Assembly (NCBI RefSeq): GCF_009914755.1
Contig: NC_060928.1
Strand: one strand, 5' to 3'
DNA: 64,000 bases
DNA from: the human T2T-CHM13v2.0 reference genome, Homo sapiens
Within the stretch, counting starts at the first letter, position 1; each line of letters opens with the position of its first letter. The notes below the pieces were generated by a model. The model saw only the letters and a list, made by a program, of their open reading frames with translations. It ran no database searches and was not told where the DNA came from. The position numbers and the translations under genes are program-made. Shown in pieces: positions 41,012 to 55,199 of the stretch.

Positions 41012-43329
41012 CATATAATATATAGTTTTTTGAATTTGGCTTCTTAATTTTGAGGATAATCCATGTAATAGCATGTACAAATAGTTTATTCCTTTTTATT
41101 GCTGAATAGCATTCCATTGAATGGATGTACCACATTTTTTTCAGTCACCAATTTACCGACATTTTGATTGTTTTGTACTTTTTGGTTATTGTAAATACTA
41201 CTACTTATTATTATTAATTAGTGTGAAAAAGTACACTACTTATTGTGTACACAATGAGTACTCTAAAAATACATGTATGCATACCTATTGTAAATAAACA
41301 CTCAGGTACAAGTCTTTGTGTAGACATATATTTTCATTAATTTTTGGGTTGAGACTGAGGCATAGAATTGCTGGGTTGTAAGGTAAATTTTACATTAATC
41401 ATTTTTTTAAAACTGCTGAACTCTTCCCAAGTAGACTGTACTACTTTACATTCCCACCAGCAATGTAAAAGCATTCCAATGTCTCCACATCCTTGCTATT
41501 TTCCTTTCAATAAATTATTACTATATACATCTTAGTGGCTATAAAGTGATTCGTCATTGTGGTTTTTAACTTGCACTATTCTAATTAATAATAATGATGA
41601 ATTTTTTTCATTTGCTAATTGGGCACTTTATCTTCTTTGATGAAGGGTCTATTAAAAGCTTTTGCCCATTTTAAAAATGGGTTGTTCATTTCCTTATCCA
41701 GTTCTCAGGGTCTTATTTTATTCTGTATACAAGCCCTTTATTGCATATTTGATTTTCAAATATTTTCTACACAAGTTTGTGGTTTTCCATTTTCTTAATA
41801 CCGTATTTTGAAGGTCAAATGTCATTTTTAATTTTGATGAAGTTTATTTCATTTATTGTTTTTAATTATGCTTTTGGTGTCCTAACTTAGAATTCTTGGC
41901 TTAACTCAGGTTTTAAAGATTATCTATGTTTTTTTAAATATATATATATAACTTAAACTCTTATCTTTAGTTCAAAAATTTACTATAAGTTATTTTTTGT
42001 GAGTATTATATGAAATAGAATATAAATTCATCTTCCTGTCTATGAACAGGCAATTATACCTGCACTATTTTTGAAATAGACTACCCTTTTTATTGAATTC
42101 CCTTGGTTTCTTTGTTGGAAATCAATTGACCCTAAAGATAAAATTTTTATACATAATTTTATTCCATAGATTCAATATTTATACTTATGCTAATATTGCA
42201 TTGTCTTGATTCCTTTAGCATCATAGTAAGTTTTGAAGTGAGGAAGTATAAGTTCTCATGATCATTCTTCTCTTTAAAAATTGTTGAAGCTATTCTGGAT
42301 CCTTTGCATTTCCATATAAATTTTAGGATAAGCACATCAATTTCGGCAAAATGCGTGCTGGAGTTTTTATGGAGATCGCCTTTCTTAACAATATTGAATC
42401 TTCAATCCATTTACATAGGATGTCTCGATTTATTTAGAATTTTATTACTTTCTATCAACAATACTTTTAGTTTTCAGTGTACAAAATCTTACACTTTTTT
42501 GTTAAATTTATTTTTCTTCATTTTGTTCTTTTTGATGCTAATATGAATTGAGTTCTTTAGTATTTCAATTGCTAGTATATAGAAATGCAACTGATTTTTA
42601 CACATTGTTCTTACATCCTGTGAACTTACTGAACTTGTTTATTGGCTCTAGAAGTGGTTTTGTGGATTACTCAGGACTGTCTACATACACAGTCATGTCA
42701 CCTGCAAATAAAGACAGTTTTACTTTTTCCTTTCCATTTGAGATGACTTTGGTTTCTTTATCTTTCCTTATTGTGCTGGTAGAACTTTCAGTTGAATATT
42801 GAATTGGAGTGGTGAGAGTGAATATTTCTTCCTAGGTCCCAGTCTTAGGGGAAAAACACTTAGCCTTTCACCATTAAGTATGACGCTAGCTGTAGTGTTT
42901 TCATAGATGCCAATTATCAGGTTGAGAAAGTTTCCTTTTGTTCTTAATTTGTTGAGTTTTGTCATGAATAGATGTTGCATATTGTCAAATGATATTCCCA
43001 TTTTTCTATTTATTCTATTAATATAGCATATGGCATTAATTAATGTTCTGATGTTAAACCAATCTTGAATTTCTGGGATAAATCCTACTTGGTTATGATT
43101 TATAATCATTTTTATGTGTTGTTGAATTTGGTTTACTTATATTTATTTGAGAAGTTTTTTATCTGTACTCATGAATGATATTAGCCCATTACTTTCTTGT
43201 AATTATCTGGCTTTGATATTACTGGTATTATAAAATAAGTTGAGAAGTGTTCTCTCCCTCTGTATTTTCTGGATGATTTTTTGAAGTACTGCTATTACTT
43301 CTTCTTTAGAGATTAGATAGAATGGTTTC

Positions 43330-43780
43330 TCTTTCAATTCCTTTAAAGTATTAGTGTTCCCTTCAAATCTGCTCCAATTGTGTTCTCATATTATTTCATG
43401 CACTCTCCTTTAATAATCAAATCTGCAACTATACTATCAGCTTGCAGTTTGTAAACTGAGGGCATCCAAATCTGTATCTCTCATTCAAATTTCCTCTTAA
43501 GTTCTATATTTATCTTTTTAATTGGCTACTGGCTATTTATTTCTAAATGTTCACTGGCATTTCAACTACCCGAATTATTCTGTCTTTGTTAATAGAATAA
43601 AAGCCATATAGTTTCACCCAGAGCCATGAGTTTACGCACATCTACTTTGTGCTACCTTATATTCGATGATTACTAAATCTTGTAAACACTACATCCAGGG
43701 TATCTCTTGAATCTTTCTTCTCTTCTCCTCTGACACAATTATTATTTCCCACTTGAATTAAACTAATCATTCAACAGTTT
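43330..43780 (+). mobile_element. L2 remnant
   Basis: TCCAAATCTGTATCTC...GGCTACTGGCTATTT...GGCATTTCAACT resembles the L2 3' region. Confidence 0.55.
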
Positions 43781-45425
43781 TTTGTTGTTGTTGCTCCTGT
43801 TTGGGGGCTACTTTTGATCACAGGTTTTAACCAGAAGACCTCCTTTGAAATATTAGAGGTGGTAACTAGAATATCCTCTAATTTATGGGTGAAACCTTTA
43901 ATCAATAGAAAAGACAATGTCCTCCAAAGCAGCCTGACTTTACAGCTATGTGTGTCAGTGTGATGAAGAATAATAACAGGTCCCTTCTTGGTATTTACTC
44001 TTTCTTTTTCTTGTCTTTTTATAATGTAAAAACTCTGCTTAAGGTTAACGCTGTGCTTTTCTCCATTAAAAAATGTATCTTGCCCTTGATTATTTCCTGC
44101 AAGGGGGTTGTAAAATTTATCAGCTCTTCACACAAAGCCTTAGATCCACAAGGAAAATTATAATGTATATTGATTGTCAAAAACATAAATTGCAACTAAC
44201 CTTTATGTATCATAATTTTCTTTAATTCTCTCGTGTGAATATCTACCGATACCATTTCCCTAAAATACAATCAGCAAAAGTAGAGCTTAAAAAAAATTTT
44301 AAAGTCAAGCACAAATACACATAGATGATAAAACCTGGGAAAAGGGAAAGATGATAAATAAGAAAAAGAAATTTTTTTCATACTCCTAACCCTCAGAAAG
44401 TTGTGTGTAATATATTTGCTTGACGAATGGATATTGTAGTTAAAATCATAAAAAGCAATTACAGTGACATTTTTAACAATCTGCATGTATAATAACAATG
44501 GTTCTGAAATGCCCATGATTATACATTTAAACTAACTGCTGTTAATAAAATTGCTTGTTTTAAAAAAAATCAGTTAACTTTACAAATGAAATAACAGTTA
44601 ATACCAATTACCAGTTGTCAAGCTAACCACTGAATATTAAAAGGTAGATATTTTCCTCCTTCGGCTTGTTCAGTCTGCTTCCAAGATCGGGGAATAGGGA
44701 ATAAAGTTAAACATCTGTGAGATTAGAATGTTAGGGTCAAATATTCTTCCTTCGGCATTTACACACTACCATTACAGTTATATTTCAACACTATTAATTA
44801 TGCTTGACTGTCTCCTTGTCTAGTTTTGAAAGCAAGTAATTACAGAATATTTATATCCTGAAACATTTCTATATTGCTAGTTCAAAAAATATGCTTTTCA
44901 ATATAGTGAGATTGTTCTTTCAAAAAAAAGTCACTTTGTTTAAAATTAAATGGAAGGCTCTGTGCAGCCATTTCCCTTTCATATAAATCACATACAAAAT
45001 TTAAATCAAAACCAATGGTACATACAAGACCTTAGAAGACTCACTTTGTGGTCATATTTTCTGATTTCTGATTTTCTGAACTTTAAAAATATATTTACAA
45101 GAGAATTTTTGTGGAACCCACTTTTCTTTGTTTGGTGTTATTCTTTTTACATAATCATAAATTTTATTTGTGTAAATACTGCATACCTTGTAATTCTTGC
45201 ATGGCAAAAAATATTTTTTGCTCAAATTTTCTCACTATGTAATACTAGTTAGATATATTATATAAATTGGCTTTTAACATCTTGGTGTTTAAAAATCTTC
45301 AGTAGATGGAAAAGATATTCATTTATATCAATTTATGTTATCTGTAATTTGCTTACACTTAGTCGTAGAAGAATTAGTACCTTCATAAAAGTCTGTATGG
45401 TAAGGATATTAGAAATTATCTAGAC

Positions 45426-45597
45426 CCACGGTTCTCAAACTGTGTTTCTGAACAAGTAGCATCAGCATCACCTGACATATGTTAGAAATGCAAATTCTCA
45501 GGCTCCAAGAAGACTTATTTTGTGGATGGGGCTCTTAAATCTATTTAAACTAGTCCTACTGGTTATGCTAATGCCTGCAAATTTTGAGAACCACTGG
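45426..45597. mobile_element. MER5A (hAT-Charlie)
   Basis: TIRs GGTTCTCAAA...TTTGAGAACC; core GCATCAGCATCACCTG...GTTAGAAATGCAAATTCTCAGGC. Confidence 0.88.
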
Positions 45598-45929
45598 ACT
45601 GGACTAGTGCTTCCCAAACACCTGTCTGTAGATGAATGCTGATGCATGGCAAAATCATACCAGTTAGTGTAAGGGAAAAAATTACAGCTAGCAGCAATTT
45701 CTTAGAAAATGAGACTTTACTCTAAAATGATTTCTTATTGGCAATTTCTGGAATTAAATTACCTTCTCTTTATTAAATGATGGTGATAGTAAGTCTCTTT
45801 TTGAGGTCCTCTTTTTTTTAGCAAAATTTAAGGTCTGCAACTCAGTGTTTATTCTTAATATTTCTTTTGGGTTATAGGGGTGGGAGTGGAGGCCACTGTG
45901 TGGTGGTGAGTAAACTATTAGTCAGTGTG

Positions 45930-46045
45930 AATTCCCCTTATTTATCGATGAAAAACTGACCCAGCAAGATTAAGGAAACATCTCTAAGTCATATAACTAT
46001 CTATATGTACAGCTAGACAAAACCCCAATTCTGACCACCAAGGAA
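45930..46045 (-). mobile_element. MIR fragment
   Basis: GATGAAAAACTGACCCAG.AAGATTAAG...AAGTCATATAACTA matches the antisense MIR core. Confidence 0.6.
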
Positions 46046-46063
46046 TCCAGTGATGTTTGATTA

Positions 46064-46486
<423 letters not shown>

Positions 46487-47750
46487 AAGTAACAGAAGAC
46501 CTCGATCAGGAAAAGGGATTAAAGAGTTTGACAAATCCTCAAGGATTAGACAGGGTTGTGCCAGGAATGAGATCACCATGAATGATAAACTGATTGACAA
46601 AACTGTATGGGGACCTTCATATACCTGCACCTTCACTTAGTATTTTGCCCTTTCTTTAGAGTGATAGGATCTGTTCCTCTACATTGTGCTAACAAAATAC
46701 ATAGGATTTATATGAAATGATTTTTTTTGATCTTAGAAATGAGCACACCAAATTCCACTCAAAGTTAGATTCATTTTACCACAGCTAATGATAATTAGCC
46801 AAGTTGGGGATACATTTAAAATCTGATTTTGAGTCATGGGATGTGGAGATGGAATGGAGAGAGGGAGGACGAGCACAACTTAACTTGCTGGTTGAAAACA
46901 ACAGATTACTGCCTTGTTTCACAATTTGACTGATTTTGATGTACTTTTGTGAAAGTTAAGAGTGAAGCAGAATAGCAGTAATTAAAGTGAGAAACAGAAA
47001 GTGTTATCCATTCAGAGTGGTTTTTGCTTTACAGTCAATTGTAGTCTAATATCTTTCCCTTCATGAACTAAGGAAATGTTCTCTCTCTGGTTCTCAAAGT
47101 GTGATATTGTATATAAACTAATCAAAATAAGACAAAACAAACTTAAATTGCAACTAACTCATACTTACATAAGACATCAGATAATCTCCCTACTTACAAA
47201 AGTTATTACTGATTAAGAGATTACATAACATGGGTATAATTACTTGAGGTTTAGCAAGGCAGCACCTAATACAGTTCTGTGTTTTTAAAATACTATGATT
47301 TAGTAAATAGTACAACGCCTCTACCACGTTAATAGACTTATTCAAAACCAAAATGTGCTGAAAGGATGAAACTTTTTTTAATGGGAACTCAAATATATAC
47401 TGCAAAATTCAAAGATTAGTTGAGCAAGTTTAATAGTCTGTATGTTTTATGGCCGTAAATAGGTTTATATTTTTAAATACATAGTTTGTTTTTGTTTACT
47501 ATCTCTACTAAAGTAAGACTAGCAATAAAATCAAACAACTTAGATGCCTCCTTTTCCAGCATCATCAATTTGTCCACTTGCAAGAGTGAAACAGATGGTT
47601 GCCTACATGGTCTGAATGGAAGAATTCCAGAAATGTTTCCTGCACAAAAATTATTATTTCATTAATTCAAACAAATTTACAAAGAGCATATTATTCTTAG
47701 GCATTAACCATTGCCTTTTCCATATATTCCCATTAACAGTTCAATTTATC

Positions 47751-48060
<310 letters not shown>

Positions 48061-48329
48061 CTAGACCTTAATCTATCACAACAATAAGACTATTCTCAGC
48101 AGGTTCCCTTTGCTCTTCCAACTAACCAAGGGCAGCATAAGAGCACTGTGACCCTGAATGTACAAAAGGTAAAGAGGAGTTCACTGAAGAAATACTGAAA
48201 ATGTGGTCCTGAGCTTACCTTCTACAATATCTTTCTTGAGTTTTTATAGGATTTGCGATCAACACCAAGCCTTATGGGGTTTAAATCCATTTTAATCAGT
48301 CTTTGCCTTTTTGACTCACAAAAGGTGCT

Positions 48330-49540
48330 TTTATAGAGGTCATCAACTACCTCCACCAAAATCTAATAATTAGGCTTTGATTTTCTTGTAGATGTATTCA
48401 CAGCTTTTAAGAAACAAAACTGATCACTTATTTCAAACAGTTTTTCACTTGACTTTCAGAATATCACACGCTTAATTTCACTATTACTTGGTGACTGCTC
48501 ATTTCTCATTTTCCAGCTCTCTTAAAGCTATTTGTCTCAAGTCTCAATCTTCGGATGTCTATTCTACACACCTGCCCTTGGTGACCTCTTCCGGTCTTGT
48601 GGCTTTCAACAAGGCCTATATGCTGTGAGGCTCCCCAGATGTATATCTCCAGTCTTCACTCATACCAGAAACCTGGTCTAGTCAATATGACTGCCTGGAT
48701 ATCATCTCTACATCAAAGTCCAACAGGATCTAACTTAACATGTCAAAAAAATGCAACTCTCATTCCTCCCAAAAATAAACTCCTCCATTTTTTCCCATAT
48801 CAATTATTAGAAGCCAAATTTTTCCAGATACTCAAGCCAAAAACAAGGCAGTCATCTTGGATTCATCTTTTTCTCTACATCCCACATGTAATTTGTCTGG
48901 AAATCAAATTGACTCTACCTTCAAAATCTGAGTGTCTCTTACCACCTTCACTTCTACTGCCCTGGCTTATTTGATGATTGTTTCATAGTTTTAGCCTCCT
49001 AACTACTTTAATTTATTGTTTCCCTACCTCCTTTTGGTCTGTTAGCAACCCAATAGTAAGCATCATTCAGTTACAACATAAATCAGATTATGTCACTTCC
49101 CTGGCCAAAACCCATCTGAACCCTCTTAGAACTAAGTCTCCAGATGTGTCTAGCACTTGTCTCAGCTCTCTGATCTTATTGTCTACCACTTTCTTCTGTC
49201 TCTCTTAACTACATATACACTAGTTTCTTCAATGTGCCTGGAACACTGTAAGTTGGGAGATTTTGACCCTACTCTCTTTCCTAGCATGAAACATATTCCC
49301 CCCAATATCATTAGGGCATGCTTCCTCATCTCCTATAAGTCTTTGCCTTCAAAGTCATTTTCTCAGTGAACCTTCCTTTCCACCATGCACTCAATAGTCC
49401 ACTCCGTTTAAAATGGAAACTTCCTTCAGCTGTGACAGTAGCTATTTCCCTTTCCTGCTAAGTTTTTTCTCTATGGCATTTATACCATCTAATTATTGTG
49501 CACCTATCCAACTGATTCATTGTAGGCTCTTTAGCGTTCT
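48330..49540 (+). mobile_element. L2a fragment
   Basis: CTCCCCAGATGTATATCTCCAG...TGCCTGGATATC...AACTTAACATGTC...CATAAATCAGATTATGTCACTTCCCTG. Confidence 0.85.
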
Positions 49541-50774
49541 CTAAATAATCATATAGCTTAATTTATTTAATCTGTTTTAAATTACAGAGCCTATTTAAAA
49601 TATAAAGCTCCTACATTTTAATATGTTTTTATTACCTTTTCTGCTGACATATATTTATACAGCACACCATTATTTCCAAAGTATTTTCCCATGTAGCTTT
49701 CTTCACTATGGCCACAAAGCAATAGTATGTTAAGCAGAGAGGCATCATTATCAAAATTGCATTGATGAGAGCACAGGGCCAAGTGAATACTGGGAGCTCT
49801 CCACTCTTGCTCACTCTGTGCGCATGGTAAAAATAAAGCAAAAGGTTTAAACATTAGCACCACTATTAAATAAAGGATAATCATTTCAAAAAAGTGTAAA
49901 ATGGTTTTTGTATATTTTGAATTCAATTTTGCTTGATTTGAGGAAAGAGATAAAATAAACAAAAATCTTCATCTTCTGCATGAAAATAATCTGGGTGCCA
50001 GTTTTAGTTCTAATCAACCTAAATTGATTTTTTGCTTATAAATTTGTGTTTTAATTTACTCTTTCTTCTGGAAAATCCGTGGGCACATGGATTTTTATTG
50101 TTTAACTATCCACTTGATTTTTCCCCATCATTGCATTTGTTTAAATGTGGACTTTTAAAACATGAGAATGGCTCTTTTAATCTGGTTGAAATTCAGAACC
50201 TTGGAGAAAATGTGGAAATACATTATGCATTCTATATTTACTAATTTAATTGAAATTAAATGGGGATATCAATAAAACAAGAAAACAGTGTTGCTAAAAT
50301 GCAGTATATTACTCATACAAACCCTGCATGAAAATGTCTAATGTTGTACTCAGATTACACTCAATCCCGAATATCCCCCATGTTTGTGGTTATAACTTAT
50401 TTCTTAGTCACAGTAAAATGCTTGCTATTTTAAGTTGATGAATGATTTGCAATTGTTACAGACTAACTTTGCAAACTGGAAACAACATTCTTGCTGTTCT
50501 GCTGATCACTACTTTTTCTAAAGTAAACAGAAAAAGAGAAAAATAATAAAGAACAACAATTAAGTCATGATATGCTTTCATTGGAAGGCAGAAATGTTCT
50601 GTATATACACTTTGCTTTGTTTTCTTGTAGAAATATAGACTTCTGGATCATTTTGGTTTTTTCAAAATGACTTTGCTGAAATATTTAAGTATATACAGTA
50701 AAAATTATATATTCCAATATGTTTTTACATATAGTAGTATACCTATCACTGATTTATCAATTATGATGTCTTGA

Positions 50775-51092
<318 letters not shown>

Positions 51093-51821
51093 TTGATATT
51101 TTCTATGTGTTTATTTTGCTTGGGGTTTGATGAGTTTTTTGCATCCGTTAGTTCATACTTTTCATCTAATTTGAAAAATTTAAATCACTTTTCTTCAAAT
51201 AATTTTTCTAATCCCTGACTTCTTGTTCCTCTTTTCTGAAACTTCAATTACGTGTTAGTTGGTGAGCTTGATATTGTTCCACAAATTACCCAGTCTTCTT
51301 TTTCTTTGTGTGCATCAATATGCATAGTTGATATCACTGTATCCACAAGTTCACCTATCTTTCCTTTTGAAGTGCTTAATTCGTATTTAATCTCAATGAG
51401 CACATTTCCATTTTATATTAAATTTATCAAGATCTATTCATTTGTATGCTTGTCTATGTGTTGTTTTGCATGTTTTTCTTATTTTTTCTCCTGATTTTTA
51501 TTATTACTTTTAAATCCTGAATATTTTTGCAATAGCTGTTAAGAAATGTGTCTGCTAATTTCTGTATTTCTACCATTTTTGCTATATTTTTATTAAATAG
51601 TTTTTATCCAGCTAATGGATCACATATTATGTTGGTGGGTTTTTTTTTCCTTTTTTGGTACATGATTATTTAATTAGATGCCATCATTGCATTTATTATG
51701 TTTTTAACCATCTGTATTTTGTTGCCTTTCTCTATAGAATTTTGAACTTTGAGTTTGCAGGGAGTTAAGTTACTTGTTTCTGGTTTGTTACTAAGCTTCG
51801 ATAGGATGTATTTGAAGTAGT

Positions 51822-52053
51822 TAGAATTTGCAGATTAAATATAGGAAGCCCAGTTAAATTTGAAATTCAGATAAACAAAAAAACACATTTTTATGATAAG
51901 TAGGCCTCATGTGTTATTATAAATTAAAAATTGGGGCATTAAACTGAAACTTCAGTTGTAATATTTGAGACCTGCATATATAAAAATGGTGTTTATCTGA
52001 AATTCAAACAAACTAGGCATCCTGTATTTTTGTTTTTTTAATTTGGCAACCTT
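51822..52053. mobile_element. MER53 palindromic MITE
   Basis: Arms GCCCAGTTAAATTTGAAATTCAGATAAACA and TGTTTATCTGAAATTCAAA...GGCATCCTGTATTTT...TGGCAACC. Confidence 0.88.
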
Positions 52054-52286
52054 AAGATTTGTCTATTGGGGTCTCTATTAAATGAGCCAAGTACTCACTA
52101 AAATCTCTCTACTTTAGCTGGCTGGAAGTTGACCATCTCCCATTCTATCTGACCTCTAGGAATGTTTTAGCTTACAGCTCCCTGACAGTTTTCTTTGCCT
52201 GACCTTGTGAATTTTTACTCCACGCTTGTGTAGCTTAGTCTTCAGACAAGAACTTAAGAGAAACCCTATTTACATATCTTGGATTC

Positions 52287-52763
52287 TGTGTTAGTCTCCT
52301 ATGGCTGCTGTAATAAATTATCACAGATGTAGTTGTTTAATGCAATAGAAATTAAGTATCTCATAGTGTGGAGGCCAGAAGTCTAAAATAAATATGGCTG
52401 GACTAAAATCATGATGTCAGCAGAGCCACACTCCCTCTGGAAGCTCTAATGGAAAATTCACTCTTGCATCTTCCAGCCTCTGGGGTCTACAGGAATTCCC
52501 TTGTGGTTGAATCTCTCCATTCTCTGCCTCCATTGTCATGTTCGCTTCTTCACTTCTGTTTGTCAAAACTCCCTGTGTTTCTCTATATTATAAAGATACT
52601 TGTGTTGATTCCACTTAACGTTGACTTGGATCATCCAGGATAATCTCCCTCTCTCAAAATTCTTAATCATATCTGCAAAGACTCTTTTTCATATAAAGTA
52701 GTATTTACAGATTCCAAGCATTAGGACCTGATATTATTAGAAGCCATTCTTAAGCCTACTACA
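52287..52763 (-). mobile_element. MLT1C/D-like solo LTR
   Basis: TGTGTTAGTCTCCTATGGCTGCTGTAA...GGAGGCCAGAAGTC...CCAGGATAATCTCCC...GCCTACTACA. Confidence 0.85.
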
Positions 52764-52997
52764 AACTCTTTCTTTGCATAGCTCTGTATACTCCTCTACT
52801 TATAAAGAGCCACAAATTCCAGATGCTCCAGCATGTTTAAACTTTGATCTCTGTCTTCTCAACTGAGAGAGATTCTGCTCAGCTTGGGTTCCTCTTCCCT
52901 GTGATGTAGTTGAGAATATGTCTCCAGGCAGAGATCAGGGTAAAATAATTTTAAAAATTATTTATTTATTAGATAAATTATTGATCAATAAGAAGTC

Positions 52998-55199
52998 TGT
53001 GCTAGGTGATTAAGTTAAAATGAGTCTGTTAAGGTGGGTCCTAATCAAATATATAATCCAATATGACTGGTATCCTTGTAATTTACAATTGCTACAAAAA
53101 ACACCTACAAATGAATTTAACCAAAGAAAAAAAAATCTACAAAAGCCGTATAAAACACTGATGAAAGAAATTGAAGAGGACACACAAAATGGAAACATAT
53201 CCCATTCTCATGAATTGGAAGAATTAATATCGATAAAATGTTCGTACTACTCTAAGTCATATACAGATTCAATGCAATTCTTTTCAAAATAGCAATGATA
53301 TCCTTCACAGAAATAGAAAACAAATCCTAAAATTTGTATGGAACAACAAAAGTCCCCAAATAGCCAAAGCTATTCTGAGCAAAAAAAAGTTGCAGATCTC
53401 ACACTACCTGACTTCAAATTATACTATGAGCTATAGTAACCAAAACATCATCTGCTGGCATAAAAACAGACACAGAAACCTTTCAAAGAGAAGAGAGGCT
53501 TAAAAATAATCCACTTATTGAGCCCAGCTGATTTTGGACAAAGTTTCCTACAATACACAATGGGAAAAAGACAGTCTATTCAATAAACGGTGTGTGAAAA
53601 ATAGAATATCCATGTGCAAAATAATGAAATTGGACCATTATGTGATACCATATACAAAAATCAAATGAAAATGGATTGAAGACTTAAATGTAAAGACATG
53701 ATACTGTGAAACTATCAGAAGAAAACATTGGGGCGGGAGATGCATCAGGATATTGGTCTGGGTAAAGATTTTTGGATAAGATCTCCAAAGCACAAGCAAC
53801 AAAAACAAAGTCAGATAAGTGGGATTACATGAAGCTAAAAAGCTTCTTCACAACAAAGGAAGCAATCAACAAAGTGAAGAGACAGCTGACAGAATTGGAG
53901 AAAATATTTGCAAGCTATTCATCTGACAATCATACATGTGATCAATAAGCAGAATATATAAGGGACTCAAACAGCTTAATAGCAAAAAAGGCAAATAATT
54001 CAATCTTAAAATGAGCAAAACCTGAACAAACATATCACAAAAGAAGGCATACAATGGCCAGTAGGTATATGAAAAAATGTTCAATATCATTAGTCACCAG
54101 GGAAGTGCAAATGAAAACCACACTGAAATATTATCTTATCCCAGCTAGAATAGCTTTCATCAAAAAGACGAAAAACAACAGATGCTGGCAAGGATGTGGA
54201 GAAAGTGGAAGGCTCGTACACTGTTGGTGGAAATGAGAGTAGTACAGCTTCTATGGAAAAGAATATGAAGGTTCCTCAAAAACATAAAATAGAACTTCCA
54301 TATATCCAACAATGCCACCGCTGGGTATATATTCAAAACAAAGGAAGTCAGTAGGTTTACGTGATCTCTGCACTCCCATGTTTAACCCATCACTATTCAA
54401 TATAGCCAAAAAATTCTGTGCATCAACAGTTAAAAGGATAAAGAAAACATAGTATATATACACAATAGAATATTAGTCATCCATTTAAAAAAATGAATTC
54501 CTGTAATTTGCAACAACATGGATAAAACTGGAGGTTAGTATGTACAATGAAATAAGCCAGGCACAGGAAGACAAATGTCGCACATTCTCATTCATATGTA
54601 GGAGCTAAAAAAGTGGATTTCGTGGAGATAGAGAGTAGAATGTTGGTGACCAAAGGCCGGGGTAGGAGGAGGGAATGAAGGGAATTTAGTTAATGAATAC
54701 AAAAATACATTTAGATAGAAAGAATAGGTCTAGTATTTGATAGTACAGTAGGGAGATTATAGTTAATAATTATTGTACATTTCAAAATAGCTACAAGAGA
54801 AGTATTGGAATGTCCCCAATGCAAAGAAAAGATGAGTGTCTGAGGCAGTGGATACACCAATTACTCTGATTTGATCATTACACTTTGTATACAGGCATCA
54901 AAATATCCCATGTACCCCTAAAATACATTAACTCATATATCAGTAAAAGAAACTGTTACAAAAAAAGGAAGAAGAGGAGATGAGGACACACAGAGAGACA
55001 CCAGAGACGAGCATGCACAGAGGACAGGCCATGCAAGGACACAGCGAGAAGATGGAGAGCTTCAAGCCAATGAGAGGGGCCTCAGAAGAATCTGAACCTA
55101 CTGGAATGTCTATCCTGGGCTTCCAGCCTCCAGAGCTGTGAGAGAATAAATTTATATTGTAGTCTGTGGGATTTTGTTATGGCAGCCCTAGGAAATACA
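52998..55199 (+). mobile_element. 5'-truncated MLT1A/B LTR split by L1MA (pieces 52998-53080 and ~54968-55199)
   Basis: TAATCCAATATGACTGGTATCCTTGTAA joins GAAGAGGAGATGAGGACACA...TTGTTATGGCAGCCCTAG. Confidence 0.82.
53081..54967 (+). mobile_element. 5'-truncated L1MA (L1MA3-5-like)
   Basis: ORF2 remnants YKTLMKEIEEDT and RCWQGCGESGRLVHCWW; 3' UTR CTGATTTGATCATTACAC...CATGTACCCC plus A tail. Confidence 0.92.

Larger units (their letters stand above)
37230..43325 (-). mobile_element. L1MB/ME element (3' UTR to RT), host to the LTR28-like LTR and THE1A
   Basis: Antisense 3' UTR (CAACCATCAACACAATCCAG...GAACATTTC) resumes after 41011; ORF 42768-43109 QVGFIPEIQDWFNIR...ILNGERLSVFPLRLG is L1 RT. 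Confidence 0.85.
51093..52940 (-). mobile_element. Old L1M 5'/ORF1 region, interrupted by MER53 and an MLT1 LTR
   Basis: T-rich antisense L1; colinear similarity with 26150-27060 (e.g. TGGATCACAT, TGAGAGATT..GCTC.GCTT..GTTC). Confidence 0.6.
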
